This document shows, in pieces, positions 49,026 to 61,978 of a stretch of 64,000 bases of DNA; positions within the stretch are counted from its first letter, which is position 1, and each line of letters begins with the position of its first letter. Under the pieces are notes generated by a model. The model was not told the origin of the DNA. It did no database searches and saw only the letters and a program-made list of their open reading frames with translations. The DNA is taken from NCBI GenBank assembly GCA_008632985.1, contig QPGO01000008.1, positions 662,979 through 726,978 on the forward strand, written 5' to 3'. The stretch is from Psammoneis japonica. Its lineage: Eukaryota. Position numbers and translations under genes: made by a program.

Positions 49026-50656
49026 ATGAAGTTCGACTGTTCCTCGTTTCTTCTGGCACCACTTTTCATTCGTGTTGTGTTTGCCAGAATAAACCCAAGT
49101 CGTGGTGCGACAGAAGAGAAATCCCATCATGTTGACAAGGTGGCGTTGCCCCTGCCAAAAGCAATCCAAGACGGTTTCAATGTCGATGATGCGAGGAGCA
49201 CGTTGGGATTTGAAACACGAATTGTCGGTGGTCGTCCAGTTTCGAACCCTCAAACCTATCCCTTCTTTGTCAGCTGGGGTGGACAATGTGGTGGAAGTTT
49301 GATAAACTCCGACATTGTTCTGACTGCAGCTCATTGTGCTGATGTATTTTCCAGTCGAGTAACCGTGAATGCTTACAAAACCGGTGACCCAAACACACCA
49401 GGAGCTGAAATTCGCTCCGTGGTGGAAAAATCACCACATCCTGATTACAACACTGTCACACTAGCCAACGACGTCATGGTGCTTAAGCTGAATAGTCCAG
49501 TGACATCCGCTTCCCCGATCAAGTTGAACACTGATACAAGCATTCCTAGGTCGGGCCAAAACGTTACAGTTATCGGCCTAGGGCTTACAAGCGAGAACGG
49601 CCCACAAACGACATACCTCCGGGAAGTAACTTTGAACACGCTTTCTGACCGGGATTGCAACACCCTTTACGGTGGAGCTATTAGAGGAGAAAGCATGTTT
49701 TGTGCTCGTACAGAGGGCGGGGACTCTTGCCAAGGTGGTAAGTGGATGATTTGTGGGTTGATATGTCTACTGAAGTATACGACTCACCGTAACTTTTTTT
49801 AAAAGATTCGGGAGGGCCTGCATTCACGATGACCCCTTCTGGCGCGTTCGACAAACAAATAGGTGTTGTTTCTTGGGGATACGGCTGCGCGCGACCGACT
49901 TACCCTGGTGTTTATGCTGACGTGAGTTCTGTCAGTGATTGGATATCTGCGGAGGTTTGCAGACTTTCTGTTGACAAGCCCAGTGACTGTGAGGGAGAGA
50001 CGCTCCCGCCAACCCTAAGACCTCCCGAACCGGATGAATCACGAGTTTTGATCAATATAGTCACGGATCGGTTCCCGTCCGAGGCGGGCTGGTACATCTT
50101 AGACGCGTCCGGATCTACGATAGAAAGCGTAGCAGCGGGAACATACGATAAGCCAGAAACCTTGTACACGAAAGAAGCTAATCTCGTGAAGGGTGCGTCG
50201 TACACGTTTGTCATGACCGACAGTTCCGGTGATGGAATGTGCTGCCTCTACGGCAACGGTGAATACTACGTTGAGGCAGATGGCAACGTTTTAGTTAGCG
50301 GGAGCTCTTTCGGCAGTTCCGAAAGCACCACGTTTACGGTGCCTCTACCAGGGACACCGCAAGACCCGCCCACCAACCCTCCTATCGGCACAACAACACC
50401 TTCAACACCTCGTCCAACGCCTCGTCCAACCCCTAACGTTGATGTTGACACACCAGCACCCACTCCATCGTTATCAGGGCCATCGAACGGTTCATGCGAG
50501 GATTCATCAGGAACAATTACGTTGGACGACACTGCAGAGAAAAAAGATTGCAGCTGGCTGGGCGTCAACAAGGACCGATACGGGTATCTATGCCAGTTTG
50601 TCGATGTTGCGGCCCTTTGTCCGGCCACATGTCAAATGTGCTCACTCTTTGGTTGA
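49026..50656 (+). CDS. Secreted trypsin-like serine protease (paralogue B); exons 49026-49737 and 49806-50656
   Basis: [28 protein letters not shown] and GVVSWG. Same C-terminal architecture as paralogue A, arranged head-to-head with it. Confidence 0.92.
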
Positions 50657-50866
50657 AAGATTTTTCAGTTGGCTAAAAAAACAATAGATGATACAGTTCT
50701 CTAAAAAAAAAGGACAAAGTGCATATTATAAAAAGGAGATAGCAGATAGCTGTACGGTAGAAAGTCTGCTTTCTGAGTACGAAAAAGTTATATCCTAATT
50801 GTGGAATGTAGGCTAACGGGAGCCGCATCAGATGTTGACATTGCAGGATATGACACGAAGACCTCT

Positions 50867-53609
50867 CTACCAGTTTCCAGAGCAAAGATCAAAAACGCCT
50901 TCGATCAAATCACTTCCCCGTTTCACAACAGCCTCCTCCATGCTGGACGCATACGGAACTGGTGCATCGTCCATACAAAGCCTCTTTACCGGCGAGTCTA
51001 GGAGATCGAACAGCTCCTCAGACACTCGAGCGCTGATCGTCGCACCAACTCCTCCACTCTTGGTGGACTCGTCCAAAATGCACAGCTTGTTGGTCCTAGC
51101 AAGACTTGTGGAAATTGTGTCCATGTCCAACGGCTTCAACGTACGAAGTTCGATCAAGTCAATGTCGAATCCTTCCTCTTGGATGGCTTCAATTGAAGCT
51201 TGGCATTCCTTGACACCGTGTAGGTAGGTCAACACAGTGACAGCATTCCCGGCCTTGACAGTATCTTCAGACGCCTTGTGCAAGAGAGCAGCCTTGTTGA
51301 GTGGCATACATTGACCGAGATCAACAGGACCCTTGCTTTCTTTCATCATCTTTACAGGGGCAAAGAGAAAGCATGGGCCGTTGTCGCGGATCATACTCTT
51401 GGTTATACCGTACGCAGCGTCAGGGGAAGCCGCCGTGCAAATCTTGAGTCCGGGAATACCCATCACATAGGCGTGGAAAGGCTGACTGTGCTCGGCGCCG
51501 AGCGCCTGGTTAGGAGCGGTTCCACCAGCGCCAATAATTGTCATGGGCATGTCGAACTGGCCACCAGTGGTGGCATAGGTGTTGCCGGCTGAACTGATCT
51601 CTGCCATACCGTAGATTCCGAAGTTGGTATTCATCAACTCAACAATTGGGCGGTATCCGTTCATAGCCTCGCCCAAAGCTTTACCAATAAAATGACCTTC
51701 GTCGATGATTTCATCTGCAGCACGAATCTGACCGTAGGTCTGCTGTGTCAGCTTGGGAATGTCGTATGAAGAACCAGCCTGGAGATCTTCGGCGTGAATG
51801 GTGGTCGTTGGATCGCGAAGCATTTCCTCGTGAATGGCAAGGTTGATAGCATCGCCGATGGAAATTTCGCCGGCCTCGGCCTTGGCACGAAGGTCTTCAA
51901 TATGAGCGCTAACGGTAGCCATTTGTTCCGGGCTGATGGTACGAGCATTGACCTCAGCAGCGAATTCGGGAGCGGGCTTCTGATTGTAGTCAGTGTCAGG
52001 TGCATCTGGGTACTCGAGTTCCTTGGCCAGCTCAACGGGGGGCATTGGCGAGCTGTCAGCGAATTTGACGGCTTCCTTTACTTTTTGACGGATTTGTTTC
52101 CTTGAATCCTTCAACTCTTCCATCGTGAAAACGCCTTTTGAGACGTAAGCATCTTCAAAGCCTTTGATAGGGTCTTGCTCGACACGAGCCCATGCCTTCT
52201 CTTCCTTGCGGCCACGTTCGTGTTCAGGGTCGGCCGGGGAGTGCCCGTTGAAACGATAAGTGTGTACCTGTAGAATAGCTGGTCCGTTTCCCTTGCGAAT
52301 GTAGTCAATGACGGCCTTTCCACCTTTTGCAACATCAACAGCATTCATGCCATCTACGAGAAGGCCCGGTACACCATAGTGCAATCCTTGTTCGAAAACA
52401 TTGCTGTTCTGTGCGATATCTGGTGTATAAGTGTTGATTGCGCGTCCATTGTCAATGGTGATGATGAGAAGTGGTAGATTATCCTTGGCACCCGAGTTGA
52501 GCAACTCAGCCATGCGACCGTTTTGAGATCCTCCTTCTCCAACAAACACAACCGAGATGCGGTCATCATCTTCAGGAGGGGCGACGTTCTGCTTGTTGAT
52601 GTTCTCATCGTCGGAAAGACCGAGCTTGCGATCGAGCAGAATAGACTTGGCTGCACCGCCGGCATATGGGAGTTGTTCCGCTACAAGGGCCCATCCACCC
52701 TGAAAGTACGTTTCCTTGTCAAAGATATGCATAGATCCACCAGCACCACGGCATGTGCCTCCATCCTTCATCATGAGCTCTGCCATGACGGCGCCCGCAT
52801 CTACGCCGCTTGCGATTGCATGGGTGTGTTCGCGGTAGTAAGAGTACTTCTTGTCATCGTTCTTGATGGCATAGTCCACCAGTGCTGGGATACTTTCTTG
52901 GCCGTTGTCCAAATGCATGAAGCCTCTGATCTTTCCCTGCATATAAGCTTGATTACAAGCGTTTTCAAAATCCCGAACGAAGCACATGGACTCATATAGT
53001 TTCAATAAGGTATTTTTGTCTTCTTCTAGCTGTGTGTTGTAAGCTTCGACTTGGTCGGCGCTGTATCCAAAGGCTTTCTGAAGCTGCAGCACAAAATCGT
53101 AAAAAGGCTAAGCATTTCTTACAACCTTTATAATGAAACTCTGCAACAAGACGAGAGTTACCTGATTAGCAATATTGTCCCAGGGTAAGTTGATTGGTGG
53201 TCGCATCACGCTAGCTTCCTCCTCGCTCGTCTTCTGCTTTCAGAACAATAAGATTATTCGAGATGGATGAGACCCACACAAGGAGAAAGTCGAGCGACAA
53301 ACATCAAAACTTTACCTACCAACACTTCAGTGCCACTAGTGGTATCCTTGTCGAGCGACACAAAGACCTCTGAATTTGTTCTTGCAATGGCATGTCTTGG
53401 TATATTCGGTGGGCTACTGCAACAACAGGAAGTTACCAGGAGATGAGTCGATTTCCGAAAGTTTTCAGACACAAAGCTCAAATAATGGATAATGGACAAT
53501 CGACATTTTTCGAACTAACTTACACAAACGCTGAGCTGAAAGGATTCAACAATATCAACACGATTGTCAGCGTCATTGTCGCGAAGAATGCGTTGCTTAT
53601 TCTTGACAT
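50867..53609 (-). CDS. Plastid-targeted pyruvate dehydrogenase E1 alpha-beta fusion, copy 2 (short 5' exons, long exon from ~53085)
   Basis: MSRISNAFFATMTLTIVLILLNPFSSAF presequence from 53609. The body is near-identical to copy 1. Confidence 0.92.
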
Positions 53610-53775
53610 TGTCGTCAGATGATGATGATGGATGATGATGGATGAATGCGAGAAAAATCTGTGTCTGCTTGTCTGAGGAGTCGTCGTTGTGTTTGGCAGT
53701 TTTGAGAAAGATCGCCAGCGATGGAGCGGTGAGAGGTGAGAGTGAGAGAACATTCCAGCAGCGGTGTGCTCGACA

Positions 53776-56075
53776 ATGACGGCAGGTAGCAACGCACGCA
53801 CAACGCCTCAAGGCGACGACACGAATGATCCGTACTTGTGGCTCGAAGATGTCTTGGAGAGAAGCAGCTCGAGTGGGTGGAAGCTCGGAACGCGGATTGT
53901 ATTGGCAAATTGGGCGATCCCAAAGAGACAGAGGTGTACAAGAAAATTCTGAGCATTCTCGACTCCAAGGACAAGATTCCCAATGCATACCTCATTCCTG
54001 GCACTGGCTATTATTACAATTTCTGGCGAGATGAAGAGCACGTACAGGGCATCTGGCGTAAATGCACCTTGGAGTCGTTCAAATCGTCCTCGCCAGAGTG
54101 GAAAACAGTCATTGATGTCGACGCTCTGCCTCCTCCCGAAACTGGGACGGCGAAAACGTGGGTGTGGCATGGGTCGACTCTGCTCGATGAAGGAATCACC
54201 GGTAAGGTGTGCGATCGGGCTTTGATTCGATTGTCACCTGGTGGATCCGACGCAGACATTTGTAGGGAGTTTGACTTGCTCGCGGAACAGTGGGTGGAGC
54301 CACAAGATGGTGGCTTCGTCATTGATACTCCAGCCAAGACTAGGATTCGATACCGCTCGCGGGATGAGTTGCTGGTGGGTACTGATTTTGGCAATGACGG
54401 GTCAACTCTCACGGATTCAGGATATCCTCGTCTTGTGAAATCGTGGAAACGCGGAACACCGCTCGAGGAAGCTGTCACAGTCTACGAGGCAGAACAGGCG
54501 GACATTTCGGCAAACATGTATGCCTATCATGACCGTGGCTTTGTTCACGAGTTTCAACTACGCAGTATCACATTCTACACAAGCACTTATTATTATCGAG
54601 CACTCACGTCTGATGCGTTATCCACCGTGGCAGCTAGTGAAGAAAAGACACCTTTTCAAAAGGTTCCCATACCAGAAGATGCAGAGCTTGGCACATTTGC
54701 CGATTGGGCCCTCGTGACGCTCAGGTCAGATCTGCCCTCGCCACCCGGGATGGACTCTCATACGTTTCAGGCAGGTGCTCTTGTGGCGGTGCCCTTCTCA
54801 GAACTCATGGCAAACGACTGGTCGAATGCCCTCGAACTCTTTGTCCCATCGCCAACTCGATCCCTGTCGGCAACGACCGAGACTAAGGATTATTTGATAC
54901 TCAAAATCCTACAAGACGTGCGTACGGATCTTGTCTTTTGGAAATACGATGCGTCCAGCAAAACGTGGGCAAAACAAAAAGGTACCACAGAGGAGGGTGC
55001 TGTTGCCATTGGCCAAGACGTTTCTGTTCACTCTCATTGTCGTGATTCGGAAGCTGACAATGTCTTGTGGCTGTGGCGTGATGGTTATTTGGTTCCAGAT
55101 ACCCTGGAAATGGCGTCTGCCGAGGACAACTGTACTTGTACTCAAACCGTCAAGTCCAAACCAGCAATGTTTGATGCTACCGGCTTGTGTGTGGAGCAAA
55201 AGTTTGCCACCAGTCTCGACGGAACATCGATTCCCTTCTTTGTCATTCGCAGAGAAGACGCCAAGTTTGACGGATCCAATCCAACCCTTGTGGATGCTTA
55301 CGGTGGCTTTGAAGTCTCCATGCTTCCGTACTACTCTGCCGGTGTTGGAGCTGGATGGTTGGAACGAGGTGGGATTAAGGTCGTTGCAAATATTCGAGGA
55401 GGAGGAGAATATGGACCGAGTTGGCACCAAGCTGCACTCAAGGCAAATCGAAACAAATGTTTCGAGGACATGGAGGCTGTTGCGCAGGCACTCATCGATA
55501 GTAGACTGACGTCCCATGAAAAATTGGCGTGCATTGGAGGTTCCAATGGAGGTTTGCTCGTTGGCAATTTGATAACTCGTCCCATTGCATCGACTTTGTA
55601 CGGCGCAGCTGTCTGCCAGGTCCCGCTTTTGGATATGAAGCGCTATTCTCACTTGCTAGCAGGATCCTCGTGGATGGCGGAGTATGGTGATCCTGATAAG
55701 CCTGAGGAATGGATGTTTTTGCGCAAGTATTCACCCTATCATTTGTTACGACATGATAATCTCGGCCTGCCGGAAGTTGCTGAAGGGACAAGCAGACACG
55801 AGGTCGACGCGGACAAAGCTTCTGTGAACCCCTCTTGGAAGTGTCCGAAGGTCCTGTTCACCACGTCAACAAGAGATGATCGCGTGCATCCAGGACATGC
55901 GCGCAAAATGGTGGCGTCCCTCATAGAGGAGGCGGGGCCAGACAAAGCGCCCATGGTGATGTACTGGGAAAATACCGAGGGGGGACACGGCGGTGCTGCA
56001 GACAATTCTCAACGAGCATCCATGTGGGCTTTGACGTATACGTTTTTGGTTCATGCCCTGGGTTCGAGTGTTTGA
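53776..56075 (+). CDS. Prolyl oligopeptidase (S9A), with a 1-nt frameshift at ~53856
   Basis: DPYLWLED lies in the upstream frame. Then YGGF, ANIRGGGEYG..WH, GGSNGG (Ser), DDRV (Asp) and GGHG (His). Confidence 0.92.
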
Positions 56076-56200
56076 AAAACGGAGAAGGACAGCCGGACAG
56101 TAGTAGCGCCTTTGCAGCAATGCGATAACCCCCTAAATCAACACCTATTTGAAGCACGTTAGCGTCGTATCATTAACAAAATTAGGAACAACTGCTCCTT

Positions 56201-57754
56201 TTACCTCACGATTGCCAGCTTGCCGACTTCCACGTTTGCTCGAACGTAGCTCAACATAGTCAAGTCGCATATAAAATCACATTCTTCGTCCACCAAGGAT
56301 GGGAGTTTGGAAACTTGGCACGATGCGTGAGAAGGATCTGTCCTAAGCGTCTCCATTATTCTTGTCATTGCATCCTTCATTCCTTCTTCTCGGACGTGAA
56401 TTCCTGGTAGAGACGCCGCAGGATCGAGATCCATTTCCTCTGGCGTGCTAGCCCGAACGTAGGTATTTAACATGACTGTGTCAGCTGCAGCCTTTCCTAC
56501 CACATTGGATTTGTCAACATTTGCATCTGCTCCTGCTCCCGCACGAGCTTGACTGATCCGTGCAAGCCGTTTGGGTAAGGCTCGGTCGTTATGCAGTTCG
56601 TGCTTGCGTCGTAGGTTGTGAGATATTGCTTCCGCGGTGATTTGCCTCTTCACCAATTCCAGCGCATCTTCCACTTGTTTTTCCAGAGCATCGACCTCAT
56701 GTCCTGGAATGGAATCGAAGTCTTGCATCCCAAACGACGTGGGTACGGCCATTCGATATTCCCTTTCCCCATCCAAAGTATGCCGTACAGCAGACGTTAA
56801 AATGCCCGTCAACGCCCAATCAAACGTTGGAAGAGCAATGGTGACGTGAAATGAAGGCTCTGATGCATAAGTGTGGGCTTCGTGAACCTCGCCACGAGGT
56901 ATGTAAAGCACATCACCGGGCCTCAAGATTGAATCAACAGAAAGGGGACCATTCAATACTTCTTCGGGAATTGGAAGACCGTTTTTTCCAACTTGTTCAT
57001 GTTGGTACGGGTACGGAATTGGGATGTTTTCGTACACTCTCCAATGCTTCTGCCCATAGAGCTGAATAACGAACACATCCCGATCATCGGCATGAGCAGG
57101 GACCGCTTGAGACGCAGGAGGGGTTAGATAAGCATTGGCATATGCATGTGGGAAGGATTTCTGCAGATCCAGACAAGCTGATGCAATATAAGGACAAAGC
57201 TCGTCGGCGTGGTTCAAAACAACACTGCACCCATCCACGTAAGCGGCAAATAAACTATTTCCGTAGTCCCCTCGCACCTCTGGCAGTTGCAACATTTGTC
57301 TACTACGGTAAACGAGCGGAAGCAACATTCTCCAGTCCCCCACTGGGTTATCAAGGCACCCACGTGCTTCCGACAGTAAAGACACGATTCCACCCATTCC
57401 CATGTGGACAAGCTCATGAAAGGGGTCCTCGTCAACTCTTGCGTCGTCCCACCTATGTTGTCTCTCGAGCAAAGATAGCTTCAATTGTGACCGATAGATT
57501 CTTGACGATTTCTGCCAAGTGTCTCGAAAAAAATCTTCGGAGGATTGTCCAACGATCGATTCCAACACCTTCGATCCCTCGACACGATTTCTCTCGCTTT
57601 TATTTACATCAACATTTTCCCGCAAAGATACTGTGGTGGCGACGATCTTTCTGAATTGTCGTTTTTGAGTCGGGTAAACATAAAAGAATGGCGCTACTAC
57701 ATCATAGAGTTGAAAAATGAATAGAAAGCAGAGTTGGTGACGAAGCAACGCCAT
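56201..57754 (-). CDS. JmjC/cupin 2-oxoglutarate oxygenase (RIOX1/NO66/ROXA-like) with hydrophobic N-terminus
   Basis: ANAYLTPP.SQ...HAD..DVFVIQ..GQKHWRVY, LRPGDVLYIPRG.VHEA and SFHVT. Confidence 0.9.
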   Translation of the reverse strand: MALLRHQLCFLFIFQLYDVVAPFFYVYPTQKRQFRKIVATTVSLRENVDVNKSERNRVEGSKVLESIVGQSSEDFFRDTWQKSSRIYRSQLKLSLLERQHRWDDARVDEDPFHELVHMGMGGIVSLLSEARGCLDNPVGDWRMLLPLVYRSRQMLQLPEVRGDYGNSLFAAYVDGCSVVLNHADELCPYIASACLDLQKSFPHAYANAYLTPPASQAVPAHADDRDVFVIQLYGQKHWRVYENIPIPYPYQHEQVGKNGLPIPEEVLNGPLSVDSILRPGDVLYIPRGEVHEAHTYASEPSFHVTIALPTFDWALTGILTSAVRHTLDGEREYRMAVPTSFGMQDFDSIPGHEVDALEKQVEDALELVKRQITAEAISHNLRRKHELHNDRALPKRLARISQARAGAGADANVDKSNVVGKAAADTVMLNTYVRASTPEEMDLDPAASLPGIHVREEGMKDAMTRIMETLRTDPSHASCQVSKLPSLVDEECDFICDLTMLSYVRANVEVGKLAIVR

Positions 57755-58149
57755 TGCGAGATATCATTAGTGCGACAGTGCGACACACAGGGCGAGGTGC
57801 GAGGTAGGTGCGAGGTAGGTGCGACGTGTTCAGTGTGCTACTGTTCACGAGAGTGATTCGTGATTCAAAAATTCTATCTCCCTCTCCTTCGTTTTCCAGC
57901 CGAACAAAGAACCTCTACTGTACTCTACCCTAGTTCTGGCGATACTTTACTGCAAATGCTATTTATTTGAATGTCCGTTTTCAATTTGCTCTAGAGAACA
58001 AAAAAGTGTAGTGTACAGCACCGCTAGAGAGCCGTTGTCTCTAGAGAGAGAGTTTATTTGAGTACGTTGATGTGTATCGTGACAAAATTCGTCTACGCAT
58101 GGTATCTTTTGCTTTCTTGCTAGAAGGAAACCCAAGCAAGGGTGAGGTA

Positions 58150-59639
58150 TCATGCCTGGCCGTGCCTTTTTCTATACATCCTTGACAACTTAAAAAATCC
58201 TTTACGTCTTTTCACTTGTTGGGCCTTCGTCGCTCCCCTCTGGTTGATTTGTTGCCGGTCTGTTCCTGAGCGCTCAGCAGCCCCTTGCTCCAGCATGCGC
58301 GCTTCTTCCTCACCCTTGCGATGCGCCACTTTGATTGCACGCTCATCATCCTTGGAGGTCGACTTCCACAGAGAACACTTGCCACAGGACTTGTGATTAC
58401 AGTGTGGAGTTTGACAAAAGTGACTGTATCCATCAATTTTTCTCTTGCACACATTGCACAACATCCACCCACACGAACAGGTTAGCTTGTTGCACCCCCC
58501 GTCTTTTATCAACTTTTTCCCGCACGTAGGATTTGGACAAACTCGCAATAACGCGGCTGTCATTGCTTCCTCCATTCGATGGCGAGACTTTTCTTTTCTC
58601 TTCTCCGCTGTTTGCAAGCAGCTCAAAGGAGAGTGCGCCTCACCTCGGCATTCCCTGCAAGATCCATATCCGCATCCACCATCACTAGAGGGGCACCTAA
58701 AGACTTGTTCTGTCTGAGGAAGAACTGCTTTGAACCCGCATTTGGGACAAGAACTGCTCATAGCAAAGAAACGTTACAAGAGAAGGTGAGTTAAGCGACC
58801 TGATCAATTTCGTTCATGACAATCAGAACAACCAAAAGCGCTCACCATAAATCCTTGATATTCGCCTTTGCGAGATTCAGGCTTCCTTGAAGTTCTCCAT
58901 ACCGTTCATAAACTTTCTGGGGCAGTGCCTTTTGCAAATGATGTTGCCTAAAGGACGATGAGCATCCGTCTGCAAAGCACATCAGCTCAATGGCAGGTTC
59001 ATTGGTGTTGCTGTTCGTTCCCAGGTCGCCAAGACCAAATAGCCTCTCCTTTGCATAGCGATGAACGCAATCTTTACAGTAGATATGTCCTTCGTCTCTG
59101 CATGAAACCATGTCTTCAATCGCCTCGTTCTGGAAGCAACACGGACATTCGACTTTTTGATCTTCTAACGGAGTTTGATCTGAGGGGTAGTACACTGTCA
59201 TCAAGTCGTTAACAACGCTTTCTATCGAGGCTACCATGTCGTCATCGAGTTCATCTCCTGAGATTGGATTCTCTGGATGTGTTACTCCCGCAGTTACAAG
59301 AAGATCGCATGCATCGGTGTGGCTGATAGCCGGAATGATTTGTGTTATTTGTTCAGCGGGCACAATCATAAAAAATTCTGCATCATGAGCGATCTTGCTT
59401 TCTGCCTCTTCGACTAGCTGTGGTACGTCCGTTTTGTTCTGGTTAACAAGCTTGATGTTGTTTCGAAAAGAACAGAAACGATGTGCAAATTCGTTGACGG
59501 ATGCACGAATGGGATGTTTGCGAGTTCCTTGACGACGTTCAACGACGCTTTGCAAAGCTACTAGCAAAAGAAACACTGCAGCAGCCGCAAACGCGTCTTG
59601 AATTCTCACAAGCATTTCATTTTCGCGGTCCAACGTCAT
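58150..59639 (-). CDS. RBR (RING-IBR-RING) E3 ubiquitin ligase, RNF216/TRIAD3-like; exons 59639-58846 and 58753-58150
   Basis: ECPCCF...C...H.YC..C, CPKC...FRCP...C...SC..C...AH, CP..CG..LIKDGGCNKLTC.CG...C..C and YSHFC. Confidence 0.9.
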
Positions 59640-60005
59640 AATCTACGTTTCGGCCTGGTTTGTTTTTTTGCTTTACCGAGCGAATGGCTGAAGCTGACCC
59701 TCGTTGGGTTTGTTGTTCACGGTCAGCTCGATCGCGGGTTTTGGTTTCATTCGCTCGCGCGATCGAGTGTTGGTGGTACTTTTGAGTCGTGGATTGAACC
59801 TCAGTACAGGCTTTCCGTAGATCTCTACGGGTTGACCAATCCGTCGCCCCGTCGCCCCGTCGCCCGTCGCCCCAAATCCAAATCCAAAACAAAAAGTCCC
59901 ATCAAAAACATTGCGTGGTTATTACTGACCGCTCCGTTGCTAGTTTCATACAGCCATGCGTTTAGCGTTTCATCTATGTCACTAACTATCTGTTTGGCGA
60001 TCTTT

Positions 60006-61978
60006 CTACACAGCATCGAGCAATCCTACTGAAATGGTGGAAGTGTCCGCGTCGTTGCACTCATCAGCATGAGAAATCAGCGACAACGGATTCGCAATCC
60101 CGAGTACCTTTTGCGCACAGAGAAGTCCGCCTGCCATAGCATTTGCAAATCCATCCCCTGTAACATCTTGGCCCGTCATGAATAGACCAGGCACCTCTGG
60201 AACTTCCGGCCGAAGTCGCAAGAAGAAGTTTTTCGGCCGGAATCTCTCTAAATCCATTTCGAGGCCATATAGCGACCCTTGCTCCGCTTGATAGTAATGT
60301 GCAAACGATAAGGGGGTGCCTATTTCAAATTGATCAACATCTTCGAGCTTCTGTGGGAGCTTGGCGCCTGATGCCACTAGAACCTCCACCACCTACCGAT
60401 ACGAGTAAACCATTGGGTTAGTCGGCACAAGATTTGAATTCACACGAAAGAATCGTTCAAATTCCAACTTACTCTTGCCCACACCTTTTCTCCAAGTTGA
60501 AGCTTCACCGACTCATACTCAGGGCCGTGTGATTTAGCTTTGTTGTCGAATGCTGCGTAATCTTTGAACCAATGATAGGGCGTGAACGTGATGATCTCGA
60601 GACCCGTTTTGTCACGGTGTTCTTGAGCCCAAGATTTGTCTTTTGTAGCGGGAATCCCCACAAAGATCGGGCTCAAATCCCTGGGCTTCATATTCAACGC
60701 ATCATCGATAGTCATCTTAGCCAATTTTTGCGTGGCGGCCGATAGGTCGGTTGATGGATAGATCCAATATTGGCTTTCGGGCAAGCCGAGAGTCTTGTAG
60801 TCGCCCTTGAGACCAACAAAGAGATTCAAAGCTGATCCCGAAGGATGGAGTCTACCATATGTGGCTCGCATATCCTTTGAAAATTCGATGTTGATGGTGT
60901 CTGGCGGTAGGAGCTTGGTCGCTGTGTTGACAAAACCAGCGTCTGAGACAACAGTCTTGGCTTCGATTTTTTCGCCGTCCGCCATTTCGACTCCCATTGC
61001 GTTTCCATTTTTCTCGTCTAACAAAATTTTTTTGGCAGGAGCCGAAACAAGAACCTTGCCGCCGCAACGGTTGATGGTTTTTATTACCCTTTTGGCAATC
61101 TCCGAAGGTCCGCCATTCGGATAGTACCCACCATTCTGGTAATGCATCGCTGCGTACAGCTGGGCGAAGAAAGGCGATCGATCCGGGGCGACTCCGTAGT
61201 CCCCCCAGTTGTACGCAAGCAGAGCCTGAAGCTCCTTGTTGTTTGTCAACTTCTCGAGTGCTTGCTGCACCGTACGTTCCGTCCACTTGTGAAGCCCGCG
61301 GTCAATCAGGCGGTGGACGCCAGTCCAAGTTATAGCTCTCGCCAAATTCAGTGGAAGGGCTTTGAACAAGGACGCCCTGGACACTGAGCGTCTCGCTCTC
61401 TTGATGTACTCATAAAATTTTTCAATTGCCTGTTTCTCATCTGGAAATCGAGAAATCAGCTTTTGCTTCTGCTCCTCTTCACCAGATACGATCTCGTGCC
61501 GACATGACGGATCTCCGAAGATCACCGTCTCAAAGGGATCGCTCATTTTGTCCCAGACGACTGGATCATTCGGCGGTGTAAGTGAGTCTAGCAGCTTCTT
61601 TGCATTGTATTCATTCTTGCTAACTTTTCCGTCGTCCTTTCCCATTTCCCCGACGTAATGAATTCCTGTCGCAAAACGATACCCGCCTTTCGACCTGAAG
61701 GTGTGCATTGCTCCTCCGGCTACGTAGTGCTGCTCTAGTACACAAACCTTTTGACCCTGTTGGGCCAACAGGCATGCCGTCGTCAATCCACCGATTCCGG
61801 ATCCAATCACGACGGCGTCGAACTCTTCTTGAACTTTGTCGCGACGGTAGACGTTTTTGTCAATGTTAGTGTCCTCCTTGGTCAGCCTGAGAGAGGAGGA
61901 CATCCTCTGACTCAGGGGAGGAGCAAAGGCAATGACATTGGCCAACTGTGTTGCAATAATAAGGACGGATGTCTTCAT
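60006..61978 (-). CDS. FAD-dependent all-trans-retinol 13,14-reductase / carotenoid isomerase-family oxidoreductase, plastid presequence; exons 61978-60473 and 60392-60006
   Basis: ANVIAFAPP presequence, VVIGSGIGG, LEQHYVAGG..HTF, GIHYVG, GGYYPNGG, GTPLS and GLFMTGQD. Confidence 0.9.

Noticed and set aside
57770..57826. Short GCGAGGTAGGT / GTGCGAC tandem motifs upstream of the JmjC gene
   Set aside because: Two to three degenerate copies only, likely slippage.
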